Assembly (NCBI GenBank): GCA_964638035.1
Contig: CAZWXD010000004.1
Location: 17,239-81,238 of the forward strand
Reading direction: 5' to 3'
Length of the DNA: 64,000 nucleotides
From: an uncultured Gemmatimonadaceae bacterium
GTDB taxonomy: Bacteria; Gemmatimonadota; Gemmatimonadetes; Gemmatimonadales; GWC2-71-9
Part shown: one piece after another, positions 36,270-46,779 of the stretch
Position numbering within the stretch: the stretch's first letter is position 1
Layout of the letters: each line of letters begins with the position of its first letter
Notes under the pieces: generated by a model
Databases searched by the model: none
What the model was told of the DNA's origin: nothing
Seen by the model: the letters and a program-made list of their open reading frames with translations, nothing else
Program-made: the position numbers and the translations under genes

Positions 36270-37013
36270 TCAGAACAGTGTGGCGAACGCGGCCACGGCA
36301 AAGGCGATTCCCGTCACGGCGCCGATGATCGGGAGGACGTTGGTACCGGAGCGCCGGCCTACGCTGAACTCGTCACCCGTCTGGAGGCCCATCTGGTCGA
36401 GCGAGGCGCCCCGGACGAAGAAGTCACGCACGTCGAGCTTGTCGTACAGCACCGCACCCTGGCGCCGGATCACGATGCGCTGGGGGTCGGCGGCCGCGGC
36501 GAGCCCACCCGCCGAGATCGTGATGTCGGAGCCCGAGCTCTCGGGTGCCAGGTCGTAGAAGCCGGGCCGGACAACTTCACCCGAGATCGACAGCCGGATC
36601 AACGACTGCGCCGTCACCCGGGGATCCCGCAGGTACTTGCTGAACTCCTTCACCAGGAAGGGCTCGGCCTCGGACCGCAGCACGCCCCGCATGCTGATCG
36701 GGTCGATGTTGGGGAGCACGATGGTGCCGTCGGGGCGCACAACGAACGTCCCGGACAGCGTCGTGTCGCCGATGACCGAGATCTGCACCCGGTCGCCCGG
36801 CAGGAAGTCACCATTCCGGAGCCGGGCCTCGATCGACCGGCCGACCACGCCGTTCCGGGCCGATCGGGACATGGTGTCGAGTGCCTGCTGGAGTTCGGCC
36901 CTGGTGGCAAGGAGCCGCGGCGTGTTGTCCTGCGCCTGTGCGGCGGTGCCCGCGCCCATCAGGAGTCCTGCGGCCAACAGGAGACGTCGCATCAACACCC
37001 CTCTCAGGCGCAT
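36270..37013 (-). CDS. Polysaccharide export protein (Wza-like Poly_export + SLBB).
   Basis: Track ORF of 247 aa. Signal peptide ...GTAAQAQ. LPGDRVQISV, FVVRPDGTIVLPNIDPISMRGV, RPGFYDL, and a C-terminal hydrophobic helix. Confidence 0.85.
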   Translation of the reverse strand: MRLRGVLMRRLLLAAGLLMGAGTAAQAQDNTPRLLATRAELQQALDTMSRSARNGVVGRSIEARLRNGDFLPGDRVQISVIGDTTLSGTFVVRPDGTIVLPNIDPISMRGVLRSEAEPFLVKEFSKYLRDPRVTAQSLIRLSISGEVVRPGFYDLAPESSGSDITISAGGLAAAADPQRIVIRRQGAVLYDKLDVRDFFVRGASLDQMGLQTGDEFSVGRRSGTNVLPIIGAVTGIAFAVAAFATLF

Positions 37014-37198
37014 CGGTCATTGGGCATGGTGAGCCGCTGCTCACCCAAGCCCAGTTGGGCGAGCTTCGCCCGAAAACCTTCCAGTCCCGAACTCGTATCT
37101 GGCGGCAGCAGCAGCGCACCGCACGACCCACACCGGGGCAATATCTCGTCCGAACGCATCACCATGCGCGCATCTGCGTCACACTTTGGACACTTCAT
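37004..37198 (-). CDS. Possible small zinc-ribbon protein (64 aa).
   Basis: Track ORF MKCPKCDADARMV...LPRCGSCGALL (CxxC-N17-CxxC). It overlaps the Wza start by 10 nt. There is no homology evidence and it could be spurious. Confidence 0.35.
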   Translation of the reverse strand: MKCPKCDADARMVMRSDEILPRCGSCGALLLPPDTSSGLEGFRAKLAQLGLGEQRLTMPNDRCA

Positions 37199-37429
37199 GG
37201 CGCACGCTCGGCGGTCGTCCTGGCAGTGCAGAGTGGGAGACTGGTCATGGCGGCCCGTCCATGATCAAATCTGGGGCCTCGAAATGCGCCCCGACCCCTC
37301 CCCCCGAGCGATTACCCTAAGCTGTTACCTCACAACAACCTGCAAGATCGCTCAGGGCACCGCCGGGGCCAATTGAGCCAAGGTTGCCATGCCGACTGTT
37401 GGCTCGGGGCAACGACGCACCCTGACTTG

Positions 37430-37445
37430 TGCATCCCCGGGGCCA
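37430..37445 (-). promoter_or_regulatory. Candidate sigma-54 (-24/-12) promoter upstream of the zinc-ribbon/Wza/sugar-transferase operon.
   Basis: The minus strand reads TGGCCCCGGGGATGCA (TGGC, GG-N10-GC, TGCA). It lies ~230 nt upstream of the 37198 start in a 438-nt intergenic region. Confidence 0.3.
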
Positions 37446-37636
37446 CAAAGTGGGTATCCTTCCGCCGCCATTGCCGGGGCCTTCGACCACGATGGTTCCC
37501 CAACTTCATGCGGCTGCTGGGGTTGCATGGAGGGTTCGGTTCCGGTGTCGCCCGCACGGGACGTGCATGATAACCCCCTTCGCCGTTCGTTCGGCACCGG
37601 CCTCGTGCGTTACCCATTGAGGGGGAACGGAACCCC

Positions 37637-38467
37637 GTGACCCGTCCGCTGATCCTCATTGCCAATGACCAGGAATGGTCTGCCCGCTCCATCGAGAGCG
37701 TGCTGGCCCCCCAGGGCTATGGCGTGGTGCGGGCGTTCACCGGCCAGCAGGCCATCGATGCGGCGAAGTCCTCCCGCCCAGCCCTCATCATCCTCGACGC
37801 CCAGCTACCAGACATCCACGGGTTCGACGTGTGCCGTACCCTGCGCGCCGACCCCGACATCGGTCCCAGCGTCCCGGTGATCATCACCACCGCGGGCCCC
37901 GCCGGCCGACCCCAGCGGCTCGAGGCCGCCAGGGCGGGTGCCTGGGACTTCCAGGGCCAGCCGCTCGACGCCGAGCTCCTGCTTGCCCGGGCGGAGGCGT
38001 TCCTGGCCTCGTCCCAGGGCGGCGCCCCGGATGCCGGCACGGCGATGGTCGATGCCGCCACTGGCCTCCTCTCCCTGGCCGGCCTCACCGACAGGCTCCG
38101 CCAGATCTCGGCCCAGGCCGTGCGCCTCCGCATCCCCCTGGCGTGCGTGGTCCTCACCCCTGAGAAGCGGCAAGGGGGCATTACCGATGACACCACCCTG
38201 GTCCAGCTTGCGACGGCACTCCGCCGGCTGAGCCGGGAGTCTGACGTCGTGGGCCGGCTCTCTGCCGACGAGTTCATCGTGGTGGCGCCAGCCACCGACC
38301 GCGCCGACGCCGAGCAGCTCGCGGCCCGGCTCCTCGTCGGCCTTGCGCCCGACCTGGCGGGGAAGGGCATCGACCTCAAGTCCAGCGTGGTGGCCCTGGA
38401 CGAGCGCGAGACCCGCTCGGCCATGGACGAGGACGAACTGCTGAAGCGCGTGGCCGCACGAACCTGA
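37637..38467 (+). CDS. Response-regulator receiver fused to a degenerate GGDEF domain.
   Basis: Track ORF of 276 aa. REC: ILIANDQE, LIILDAQLPD, VIITTAG, but GAWDFQGQP (Gln where the conserved Lys normally sits). GGDEF-like: DAATGLLS, GRLSADEFIVV (SADEF instead of GGDEF). Confidence 0.75.
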   Translation: MTRPLILIANDQEWSARSIESVLAPQGYGVVRAFTGQQAIDAAKSSRPALIILDAQLPDIHGFDVCRTLRADPDIGPSVPVIITTAGPAGRPQRLEAARAGAWDFQGQPLDAELLLARAEAFLASSQGGAPDAGTAMVDAATGLLSLAGLTDRLRQISAQAVRLRIPLACVVLTPEKRQGGITDDTTLVQLATALRRLSRESDVVGRLSADEFIVVAPATDRADAEQLAARLLVGLAPDLAGKGIDLKSSVVALDERETRSAMDEDELLKRVAART

Positions 38468-38501
38468 CCCGCTCAGGGGCACCTGCACGCCGCCAACGCA
38501 A

Positions 38502-38529
38502 ACGGGCTGGCCATCACTGGCCAGCCCGT
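38502..38529. terminator. Bidirectional stem-loop between convergent genes (REC-GGDEF and Wzc).
   Basis: ACGGGCTGGCCA tcac TGGCCAGCCCGT forms a perfect 12-bp stem with a 4-nt loop. There is no strong U-tract on either side. Confidence 0.6.
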
Positions 38530-38549
38530 CGTGCATGGACCTGCCGGGG

Positions 38550-40934
38550 CTACGCTTCGGTCTTGACTCCCGGCCCGATCTCCGCTGCCGGCCCGAGCTC
38601 GTCCGCGGTGTAGCCGTACACGTAGGCATAGTGCCGGTAGGCGCCCTCGGCGCGGATGTCGTTCAGCACCGCCCCCAGCACCTGCACTGGGAGCCGGTCG
38701 AAGAGCCTCAGCTTGACGCTGGCAAACTCCCGGTCGGTTTCACCCGCCCGCAGCACCAGCATCACGTTCCGGGTGAGGGTGGAGAGCACGAACGGGTCGA
38801 CGCCGGCGCCAAGCGGTGGGCTGTCCACGATAATGCAGTCGAACCGGCGGCGAAGCGTATCCACGAACTGCATCATCGCCTCGCTCCCCAACATCTCCGG
38901 ACCCCGCTCGAACCGCGTGCCACACGGCACCACGGTCAGGTTGGGGTGGCCGCCCGAGCGGAGCACGTGCTCCAGCTGCGCCGTGCCGCCAAGGCAGTCC
39001 AGGAGGCCGGGCTTCCGCTCGATCCCGAAGCTCCGGTGCAGCTCGCCCCGCCGGATGTCGCCATCAATCAGCACCACCTTGTACCCGGCCTCGGCAAAGC
39101 TCAGCGCCAGGTTCGCCGAGACGAGTGACTTGCCATCACCCGGCGCGGGACTCGATATCGTGAGGGACACCGGGCCCTTCGCCGGCCCCATGGTATGCGT
39201 CACGTTCATCCGGATGGTGCGGAACGCCTCCACGACGTTCGCCGCCTCCTCCGGGCTCTGGCTCAGCTTCCCGCGGCGGCGAATCTGCGGCACGGCACCC
39301 AGGATCGAGAGGCCAAGCTCCTTCTCCACCTGGTCAGGGTAGCGGAACCGCCGGTCGAGCCGGTCGAGCAGGATGGCCAGCGCCAACGCCAGGCCCAGGC
39401 TGCCGAGGGCGCCCAGGGCGATGAGCCGCAGCCGGTCGTTGGCGTTGGGCCTGGTGGGCGGCACCGCAGGGTCGAGCACCTTCACGTCGGGCAAGGCGCT
39501 CGCCTCGGCCAGCTTCGCCTCTTCATAGCGAAGCTGCAGGTTGGCGTAGAGGCCCGCGGCAGCTGCCACGTCGCGCGTCAGGCGCTGCTCGTTGATGGTG
39601 CGCTGCGGGATCTCCTGCAGGTCGCGCGAGGATCGCGCAATCTGGGCCTCGATCGCGGACTCCTGCGTGTTCATCTGCAGCGCCAGCTTCGACACCATGT
39701 CCGGCACCACCACGGTCCGGAGCGTCGTGATCCGCTCCTGCAGGTCCTTCACCGGCTTGTACTCGTCGGTGAACTTCTGCCGCATGATCCGGAGGTTGGC
39801 CTCGGCATCGGACAGCTCACCGAGGGTGCGGCTGAGCTCCGGTGCCCGCGCCACCGAGCTGATGGTGCGGAGCGCGTCGGTGCTGGTCTGGCCGGCCTGG
39901 AACTGCTGCAGGGCCGTGGTGAGGGCCGCGCGGTCGCGCCGGAGCGAGTCGGCCGCCATCCGGTCGTCGAAGAACTGGCGGATGACCGTCGGCTGGGTGA
40001 GCGCGATACCGGAGGCCACCGGGACATCGGTGGGCTGGGTGATCGTGCGGGTCCGGAACGACTCCAGGGACTGCTCCGCATCGCGCAGGTTATCCGACGA
40101 ATACTTGAGCTGCTCCTTCAGGATGCTCGCGGTTTCCTTGAGCTTGGCCTTCTTGAGTTCGGAGGCCAGCCGGACGAACTGGTCGGTGAGCTCGTTCACC
40201 ACCGCGGCGGCCCGCTGCGGGTCGTCGCCGGTGAGGGCCACCCGCATGAAGTTGCCGTTGTCCGCCATGACCACGCGCAGGTTCCGCAGCAGCAGGGCCG
40301 AGGCGTCACGGTGCGACGTCACGGTGATGTCGGCCTTCTCGCCCGGGGCGAGGGCCGCGGGGTCGGGAACCCACTGGAAGCCCACTTCGCGTCCCAGGGT
40401 GTCCCCGGCAGCCGCGGTGCTCACCGGCGTCTTCTTGAGCAGGAGGCGGAACGACCCATCCTGGGCGCGCTCCACGGTGTAGTCGCCCGGGCGGAATTTC
40501 TCGGCCAGCTTGAAGCCGCGCACCAGGGCCGAGTCCCGGGACTTGGCCGGGGTGATGAACAGGTGCTGGTTCTGCACCACCGAGTCGAGCACCGCGTTGG
40601 TGCGCAGGAGTTCAACCCACTGGACCGACGACAGCAGCTCTTCGGCCCGGATCGGGCCGTTCCGTTGCGAGGGCTCCTCGATGTAGATGGTGCTCAGGAC
40701 CGTGTATTCCGGCTTCACGAAGCGCGACGCCAGCACACTGAGCGCGGTGCCAATGACCGCCACGGCCAGCACCAGCCACTTGTACCGCTTGATCGCCTCG
40801 ATGAACCGCTCCCAGGGGATCCCGCCTTCCGGCTCCTCCATGGGAGGCTGGGCCGGCCACGGCAACCCAGCCATCGGGTTCGTAAGGGGAGCGGGCGACG
40901 ACGGCACCAGCGGCCCGGTCACGTTGCTGGACAT
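38550..40934 (-). CDS. Wzc/GumC-like polysaccharide co-polymerase fused to a BY-kinase (tyrosine autokinase).
   Basis: C-terminal 794 codons of track ORF 38550..42458. ATG 40934 is preceded by AAGGAG 6 nt upstream. Wzz-type TM, a long coiled-coil periplasmic region and a second TM. Walker A SSPAPGDGKS, VLIDGDIRRG, IIVDSPP. C-terminal Tyr cluster YRHYAYVYGY. Confidence 0.9.
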   Translation of the reverse strand: MSSNVTGPLVPSSPAPLTNPMAGLPWPAQPPMEEPEGGIPWERFIEAIKRYKWLVLAVAVIGTALSVLASRFVKPEYTVLSTIYIEEPSQRNGPIRAEELLSSVQWVELLRTNAVLDSVVQNQHLFITPAKSRDSALVRGFKLAEKFRPGDYTVERAQDGSFRLLLKKTPVSTAAAGDTLGREVGFQWVPDPAALAPGEKADITVTSHRDASALLLRNLRVVMADNGNFMRVALTGDDPQRAAAVVNELTDQFVRLASELKKAKLKETASILKEQLKYSSDNLRDAEQSLESFRTRTITQPTDVPVASGIALTQPTVIRQFFDDRMAADSLRRDRAALTTALQQFQAGQTSTDALRTISSVARAPELSRTLGELSDAEANLRIMRQKFTDEYKPVKDLQERITTLRTVVVPDMVSKLALQMNTQESAIEAQIARSSRDLQEIPQRTINEQRLTRDVAAAAGLYANLQLRYEEAKLAEASALPDVKVLDPAVPPTRPNANDRLRLIALGALGSLGLALALAILLDRLDRRFRYPDQVEKELGLSILGAVPQIRRRGKLSQSPEEAANVVEAFRTIRMNVTHTMGPAKGPVSLTISSPAPGDGKSLVSANLALSFAEAGYKVVLIDGDIRRGELHRSFGIERKPGLLDCLGGTAQLEHVLRSGGHPNLTVVPCGTRFERGPEMLGSEAMMQFVDTLRRRFDCIIVDSPPLGAGVDPFVLSTLTRNVMLVLRAGETDREFASVKLRLFDRLPVQVLGAVLNDIRAEGAYRHYAYVYGYTADELGPAAEIGPGVKTEA

Positions 40935-41120
40935 GGACTTCTCCTTGACGTTGTGCGGCGTCGGTCCCGGAACGCGGCCCGGCGCCAATCGCGCGGGGGA
41001 AGTGCAAGAGGGATACCCGTCGAGCCCCCCTCGCGGCACCCCGGCAAACCCAGCGCAATTCCTTGCCCCGGCACAGCTTACCCAGCAACCAATGTATAGT
41101 TCCTGTGGCGCTTCCGCATC

Positions 41121-41136
41121 GGCATGTTGCTTGCCA
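41121..41136 (-). promoter_or_regulatory. Candidate sigma-54 (-24/-12) promoter upstream of the Wzc gene.
   Basis: The minus strand reads TGGCAAGCAACATGCC (TGGCA-G, GG-N10-GC). It lies ~190 nt upstream of ATG 40934, in the divergent region shared with the sigma-54 activator gene. Confidence 0.3.
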
Positions 41137-41237
41137 GTCGCAGCCGTGTCGACGTGAAGCCCAAATTGCTTGGCTGGCGCAACAGGCCCCCGGTTCCTGC
41201 TCCGGGGCGCCGGGCGCCCCTCCATCGGGGATTGGCC

Positions 41238-42748
<1,511 letters not shown>

Positions 42749-42752
<4 letters not shown>

Positions 42753-43897
42753 CGACCGGCGTCGCAGGCGGCGCGGCGCGGACCACGCCGGCGAACGGCA
42801 TGCGCGTGGAGGTCTGGGACAGTTCGCTGCCACTGCCCGACTCGGTTCCTGCCGCACTCGTTGAACTCCTGCACCAGGCCGTCCTCGAGACCGAGGGTGA
42901 GTCCGGTCGCCTCCTGCACGATGCCGGCACCCCGGAAGAGATCAGCCAGGTGTTGCGCCAGCTGTCTGACGTGGTGCGCAGCACGCTTGCCGTGGGCACG
43001 CTGCCGGAGGCGCTTCCGGCGAGCATCCTGGGCCGCAACCTCCTGGGCATCCTGCGCCAGCGGGTGGTGGAGGCGCTGGCGCAGCCCCGTCCCGGTGTCG
43101 AGCTCCCCGGTGCCGCGCGGTTGCTCCGCGCGGTGGAGCAGGTGGGGCAGGCGATCGAGCCCGACTGGTCCCAGCACTTTGCCGGCCGCCTCGCCGGACC
43201 CGATGGGCTCGAGCTGGTGGTGGAACTGGCCCATGACCTTCGCTCGCCACTCACGTCGATCCTGTTCCTGGCGGAGACCCTCCAGCGGGGGCGGAGCGGT
43301 CCGCTCACCGAGGTGCAGGAGCGCCAGCTCGGCCTCATCTACAGCGCGGCGTTCGGCCTGAGTGCCGTGGCCAGCGACGTGATCGAGCTGGCCCGCGGCG
43401 GTGACCGCCTGGTGGACCTCGAGACGATCCCCTTCTCCATCACCGACATCTTCGAGTCGGTGCGCGACATCGTGCTGCCCATTGCCGAGGAGAAGGGGCT
43501 GGTGGTGGAGGTGCAGGCGCCCGACAGCGACTTCCGCGTGGGCCACCCGGTCGCCTTGAGTCGCGTCCTCCTCAACCTCACGACCAACGCCCTCAAGTTC
43601 ACCAACGAAGGCAAGGTGGAGGTGCGTGCAGCGGCGCTCGACGGCAGCCGGGTCGAGTTTGCCGTGCGCGACACCGGCCGGGGCATGCCGCCGCAGGCGC
43701 TGGCCACCATGTACGAACCCTTCCGGCGGCGGCAGAAGGCGGGGGAGTATGCCTTCTCCGGGTCGGGCCTCGGCCTCACCATCTGCCGCAAGCTGGTGGA
43801 GGCGATGCAGTCCACCCTGCATGTCGAGAACGATCCCTCGGGTAAGGGCACCAGGTTCACGTTCACGCTCGACCTCCCGCGCGCCACCCAGGGCTGA
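42749..43897 (+). CDS. Soluble sensor histidine kinase (HisKA + HATPase_c).
   Basis: Track ORF of 382 aa. GTGA overlap with the regulator. H-box ELAHDLRSPLTSI. N-box LLNLTTNALKFT. DTGRGM, GSGLGLTICR. I see no hydrophobic segment of TM length. Confidence 0.85.
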
Positions 43898-43905
43898 CCG
43901 CGACG

Positions 43906-44985
43906 ATGACCCGCCTGCTTCATGTGGTGGGCGCACGGCCCAACTTCATGAAGCTGGCGCCGCTCCTGCGAGCCGCACCCGTGCGTCCCGTGGAGCATGT
44001 CGTCGTGCACACCGGGCAGCACTACGACCCGTCGATGAGCGAGGCCTTCTTCCGCGACCTCGCCCTGCCGGCGCCCGACGTGAACCTCGGGGTCGGCTCG
44101 GGCAGCCACGCCCAGCAGACCGGCCGCATGATGCAGGAGATGGAGCCGGTCTTCGACCGGTACCGGCCCGACTGGGTCGTGGTGTACGGCGACGTCAACT
44201 CCACCCTCGCCGCCGCGCTGGTGGCGCAGAAGAAGGGCCTGCGGGTGGCTCACGTCGAGGCGGGCGTGCGGAGCTTCGACCGGGCCATGCCGGAAGAGGT
44301 GAACCGCGTCCTCACCGACCAGCTGGCCGACCTCTGCCTCACCCCCAGTGCTGGCGCCGACGACAACCTTCGCCGTGAGGGGGTCGCGGACCGGCGCATC
44401 CGCTGCGTCGGGAACGTCATGGTCGATACCCTGTTGTCGCTGCGGCCGGCTGCTGCGGCACTCGGCGTGCCGGCGCGCATGCGGCTGGATGGGGCGCCCT
44501 ACGCCGTGGCCACCTTCCACCGGGCCGGTAATGTGGACGACGCCGCCACCCTGGGCGAGTTGCTCCGGGGCCTGGCCGACGTGGCCCGCACCACGCCCGT
44601 GCTCTTCCTGGTGCATCCCCGCACGCGGCAGCGCATCGCCGACTTCGGCCTGGCCGCCGCGGCTGCGGGGGTCACCCTGGTCGATCCCCTGGGCTACCTG
44701 GAAACGGTGGGGCTGGTCGAGGGCGCCGCCCTGGTCATCACCGACTCGGGCGGGCTGCAGGTCGAAACCACCATCCTGGGCGTACCCTGTGTCACCGCCC
44801 GGACCACCACCGAGTGGACGGAAACGGTCGCCAGCGGAACCAACCACCTGGTGCCGCCCACACGGGAGGGGATCCTCTCGGGGGTGGCCCAGGTGGAGGC
44901 GGAGCGTGGCACCGCGGCGGTGCCGCCCCGGCCGCCCCTCTGGGACGGCCAGGCTGCGGACCGTATCCTGGCCGCCCTGGCCTGA
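43906..44985 (+). CDS. wecB: UDP-N-acetylglucosamine 2-epimerase (non-hydrolysing).
   Basis: Track ORF of 359 aa: VVGARPNFMKLAPL, HTGQHYD, VVVYGDVNSTLAAAL, HVEAGVRSFDRAMPEEVNR, ITDSGGLQ. Confidence 0.9.
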   Translation: MTRLLHVVGARPNFMKLAPLLRAAPVRPVEHVVVHTGQHYDPSMSEAFFRDLALPAPDVNLGVGSGSHAQQTGRMMQEMEPVFDRYRPDWVVVYGDVNSTLAAALVAQKKGLRVAHVEAGVRSFDRAMPEEVNRVLTDQLADLCLTPSAGADDNLRREGVADRRIRCVGNVMVDTLLSLRPAAAALGVPARMRLDGAPYAVATFHRAGNVDDAATLGELLRGLADVARTTPVLFLVHPRTRQRIADFGLAAAAAGVTLVDPLGYLETVGLVEGAALVITDSGGLQVETTILGVPCVTARTTTEWTETVASGTNHLVPPTREGILSGVAQVEAERGTAAVPPRPPLWDGQAADRILAALA

Positions 44986-45001
44986 GGTTCCGTTCGGCCC
45001 T

Positions 45002-45046
45002 TTCCGCCTTCCGCCCTTTCCGCCCTGTTATCTTGTTGCTTCCGCC
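45002..45046. repeat. Four copies of TTCCGCC in 45 nt, downstream of wecB and upstream of the NYN gene.
   Basis: TTTCCGCC TTCCGCC CTTTCCGCC ... GCTTCCGCC, read directly from the sequence. Function unknown. Confidence 0.5.
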
Positions 45047-45222
45047 CGCGCCGAGCTCGGTTCACCGCGCGTGCGGCCGGTGCGCGCGTCGCCAGGCCCG
45101 TTGGGGGCCGGTGGCGGCGTCGGCACCGGTCGCCGCGGCGAAACCAGGGACGGCAGCAGGGCGGCCCCCGGGCTCATTGGGAGCCCGGCGGCTGATTGGA
45201 CCCTGAGAGGAACAGACCCTCG

Positions 45223-46779
45223 ATGCCCACCAGTATCCGGCCCGGCCCGCGCGCCGAGTCGCACGTACACGCGCCCAACGCGGCGCTCCTCATCGACTTC
45301 GACAACGTCACCCTGGGAGTCCGCTCCGAGTTCACCAAGGAGCTCCGCACCCTCCTCAACAGCGACATCATCAAGGGCAAGGTGGCGGTGCAGCGCGCCT
45401 ACGCCGACTGGCGCCGCTACCCGCAGTACATCGTCCCCCTCTCCGAGTCGTCGATCGACCTGATCTTCGCGCCCGCGTTCGGGTCGGTGAAGAAGAACGC
45501 CACTGACATCCGCCTCGCGATTGACGCCATGGAGCTGGTGTTCACGCGCCCCGAGATCGGGACCTTCATCCTCCTCTCGGGTGACAGTGACTTCTCCATG
45601 CTCGTCATCAAGCTGAAGGAGTACGGCAAGTACGTCATCGGCGTGGGGATCCGCGAGTCGGCCAGCGACATCCTGATCCAGAACTGCGACGAGTACTACT
45701 CGTACAGCGACCTGGCCGGCCTGACGAAGGAGGCCGACACCCCATCGGCCCAGCGCGACCCCTGGGACCTGGTGAAGGAAGCAGCCGCCCAGATGCAGCG
45801 GAACGGCGACGTGATGCGTTCCGACCGCCTGAAGCAGGTGATGCAACAGATCGACTCGAACTTCGATGAGCGGAACGCGGGGTACAACCGCTTCAGCAAG
45901 TTCGTGACGGAGGCCGGCAACAAGGGCCTCATCCGGATCCACAAGCTCGAGAACGGCCAGTACGAGATCACCCCGGTGGGTGGTGCCGCGGCGCCGGCCA
46001 CCTCACCCGCGCCGGCCGAGCGGCAGGGCGGGGAGGAGCGTGACGGGGCCCGCCGCCGGGGCCGCCGGGGCCGGGGCCGGGGCCGCGACCGGGATGAGTC
46101 GCGAGAGGGCAAGGGTGAGGCGAAGGAGCCGACGGCGCCGGCCCAGCCCGTCGGCCTGTCACTCGCCCGGGCCTTCGGGCTCATGCGGGAGGCCCTGGCC
46201 CAGCTCGACAACCCGGTGGCACATGAGGCGCTCCGGCTGCGGATGTCGGCCCTGCACGGGCGGGACGACGCGATGCTCACCCCCGACCACTTCCCCCGGC
46301 TGCTCCGCCAGGCGAATGACGCCGAGCTGGCTGACGTGCGCAAGCTGGGCGACGGCGAGTTCGAGGTGAGCCTCCACCCCACCGAGGATCCGCGCGCTCG
46401 CAGCGGCATCGCCACGCGGGCCGCCGCACCGGCGGCGACCAACGGAGCCCAGGCCGCGGCGGCGGTGCCCAGCCCGGCGGCCCCGCGAGTGGGGGTGCGC
46501 TCACGGTCAGGTGCCAAGCCCCTCGCCCGGGCCATCCCGCTGGTCGGTGCCGTGAGCCTCGACGACGAACCCGCCACCGTGCCGGTGGCCGTTGCTTCGG
46601 CGGAGGAGCCGGTTACCGGTGATGCCAAGCCGGCGCTCCGCTCACGCGCCAGGCGCGCCCCCGCTGCACGGGCCAGGAAGGCGGCCGCACCGGCACCAGG
46701 AACCGATACGGCACCGGCCGAGGCCCCGGCCGCTCCGAAGAAGCGGTCGCGCGCCAGGACGGCCAAAAAGGCCAGCTGA
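45223..46779 (+). CDS. NYN (LabA-like) domain protein with two OST-HTH/LOTUS-like repeats and a Lys/Arg/Ala-rich tail.
   Basis: Track ORF 45196..46779 (TTG start); ATG 45223 is the likelier start. ALLIDFDNV, KKNATDIRLAIDA, FILLSGDSDFSMLV, YVIGVG. OST-HTH-like LKQVMQQIDSNFDERNAGYNRFSKFVTEA and LRLRMSALHG...FPRLLRQA. Tail: KKRSRARTAKKAS. Confidence 0.8.
   Translation: MPTSIRPGPRAESHVHAPNAALLIDFDNVTLGVRSEFTKELRTLLNSDIIKGKVAVQRAYADWRRYPQYIVPLSESSIDLIFAPAFGSVKKNATDIRLAIDAMELVFTRPEIGTFILLSGDSDFSMLVIKLKEYGKYVIGVGIRESASDILIQNCDEYYSYSDLAGLTKEADTPSAQRDPWDLVKEAAAQMQRNGDVMRSDRLKQVMQQIDSNFDERNAGYNRFSKFVTEAGNKGLIRIHKLENGQYEITPVGGAAAPATSPAPAERQGGEERDGARRRGRRGRGRGRDRDESREGKGEAKEPTAPAQPVGLSLARAFGLMREALAQLDNPVAHEALRLRMSALHGRDDAMLTPDHFPRLLRQANDAELADVRKLGDGEFEVSLHPTEDPRARSGIATRAAAPAATNGAQAAAAVPSPAAPRVGVRSRSGAKPLARAIPLVGAVSLDDEPATVPVAVASAEEPVTGDAKPALRSRARRAPAARARKAAAPAPGTDTAPAEAPAAPKKRSRARTAKKAS

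Noticed and set aside
37199-37636. Possible tRNA or small RNA gene in the long intergenic gap (for example GGGTTCGGTTCC, which is T-loop-like).
   Set aside because: I could not build an acceptor stem or cloverleaf around it on either strand. No Rfam-type motif was recognised by eye, and a covariance-model scan would be needed to be sure.
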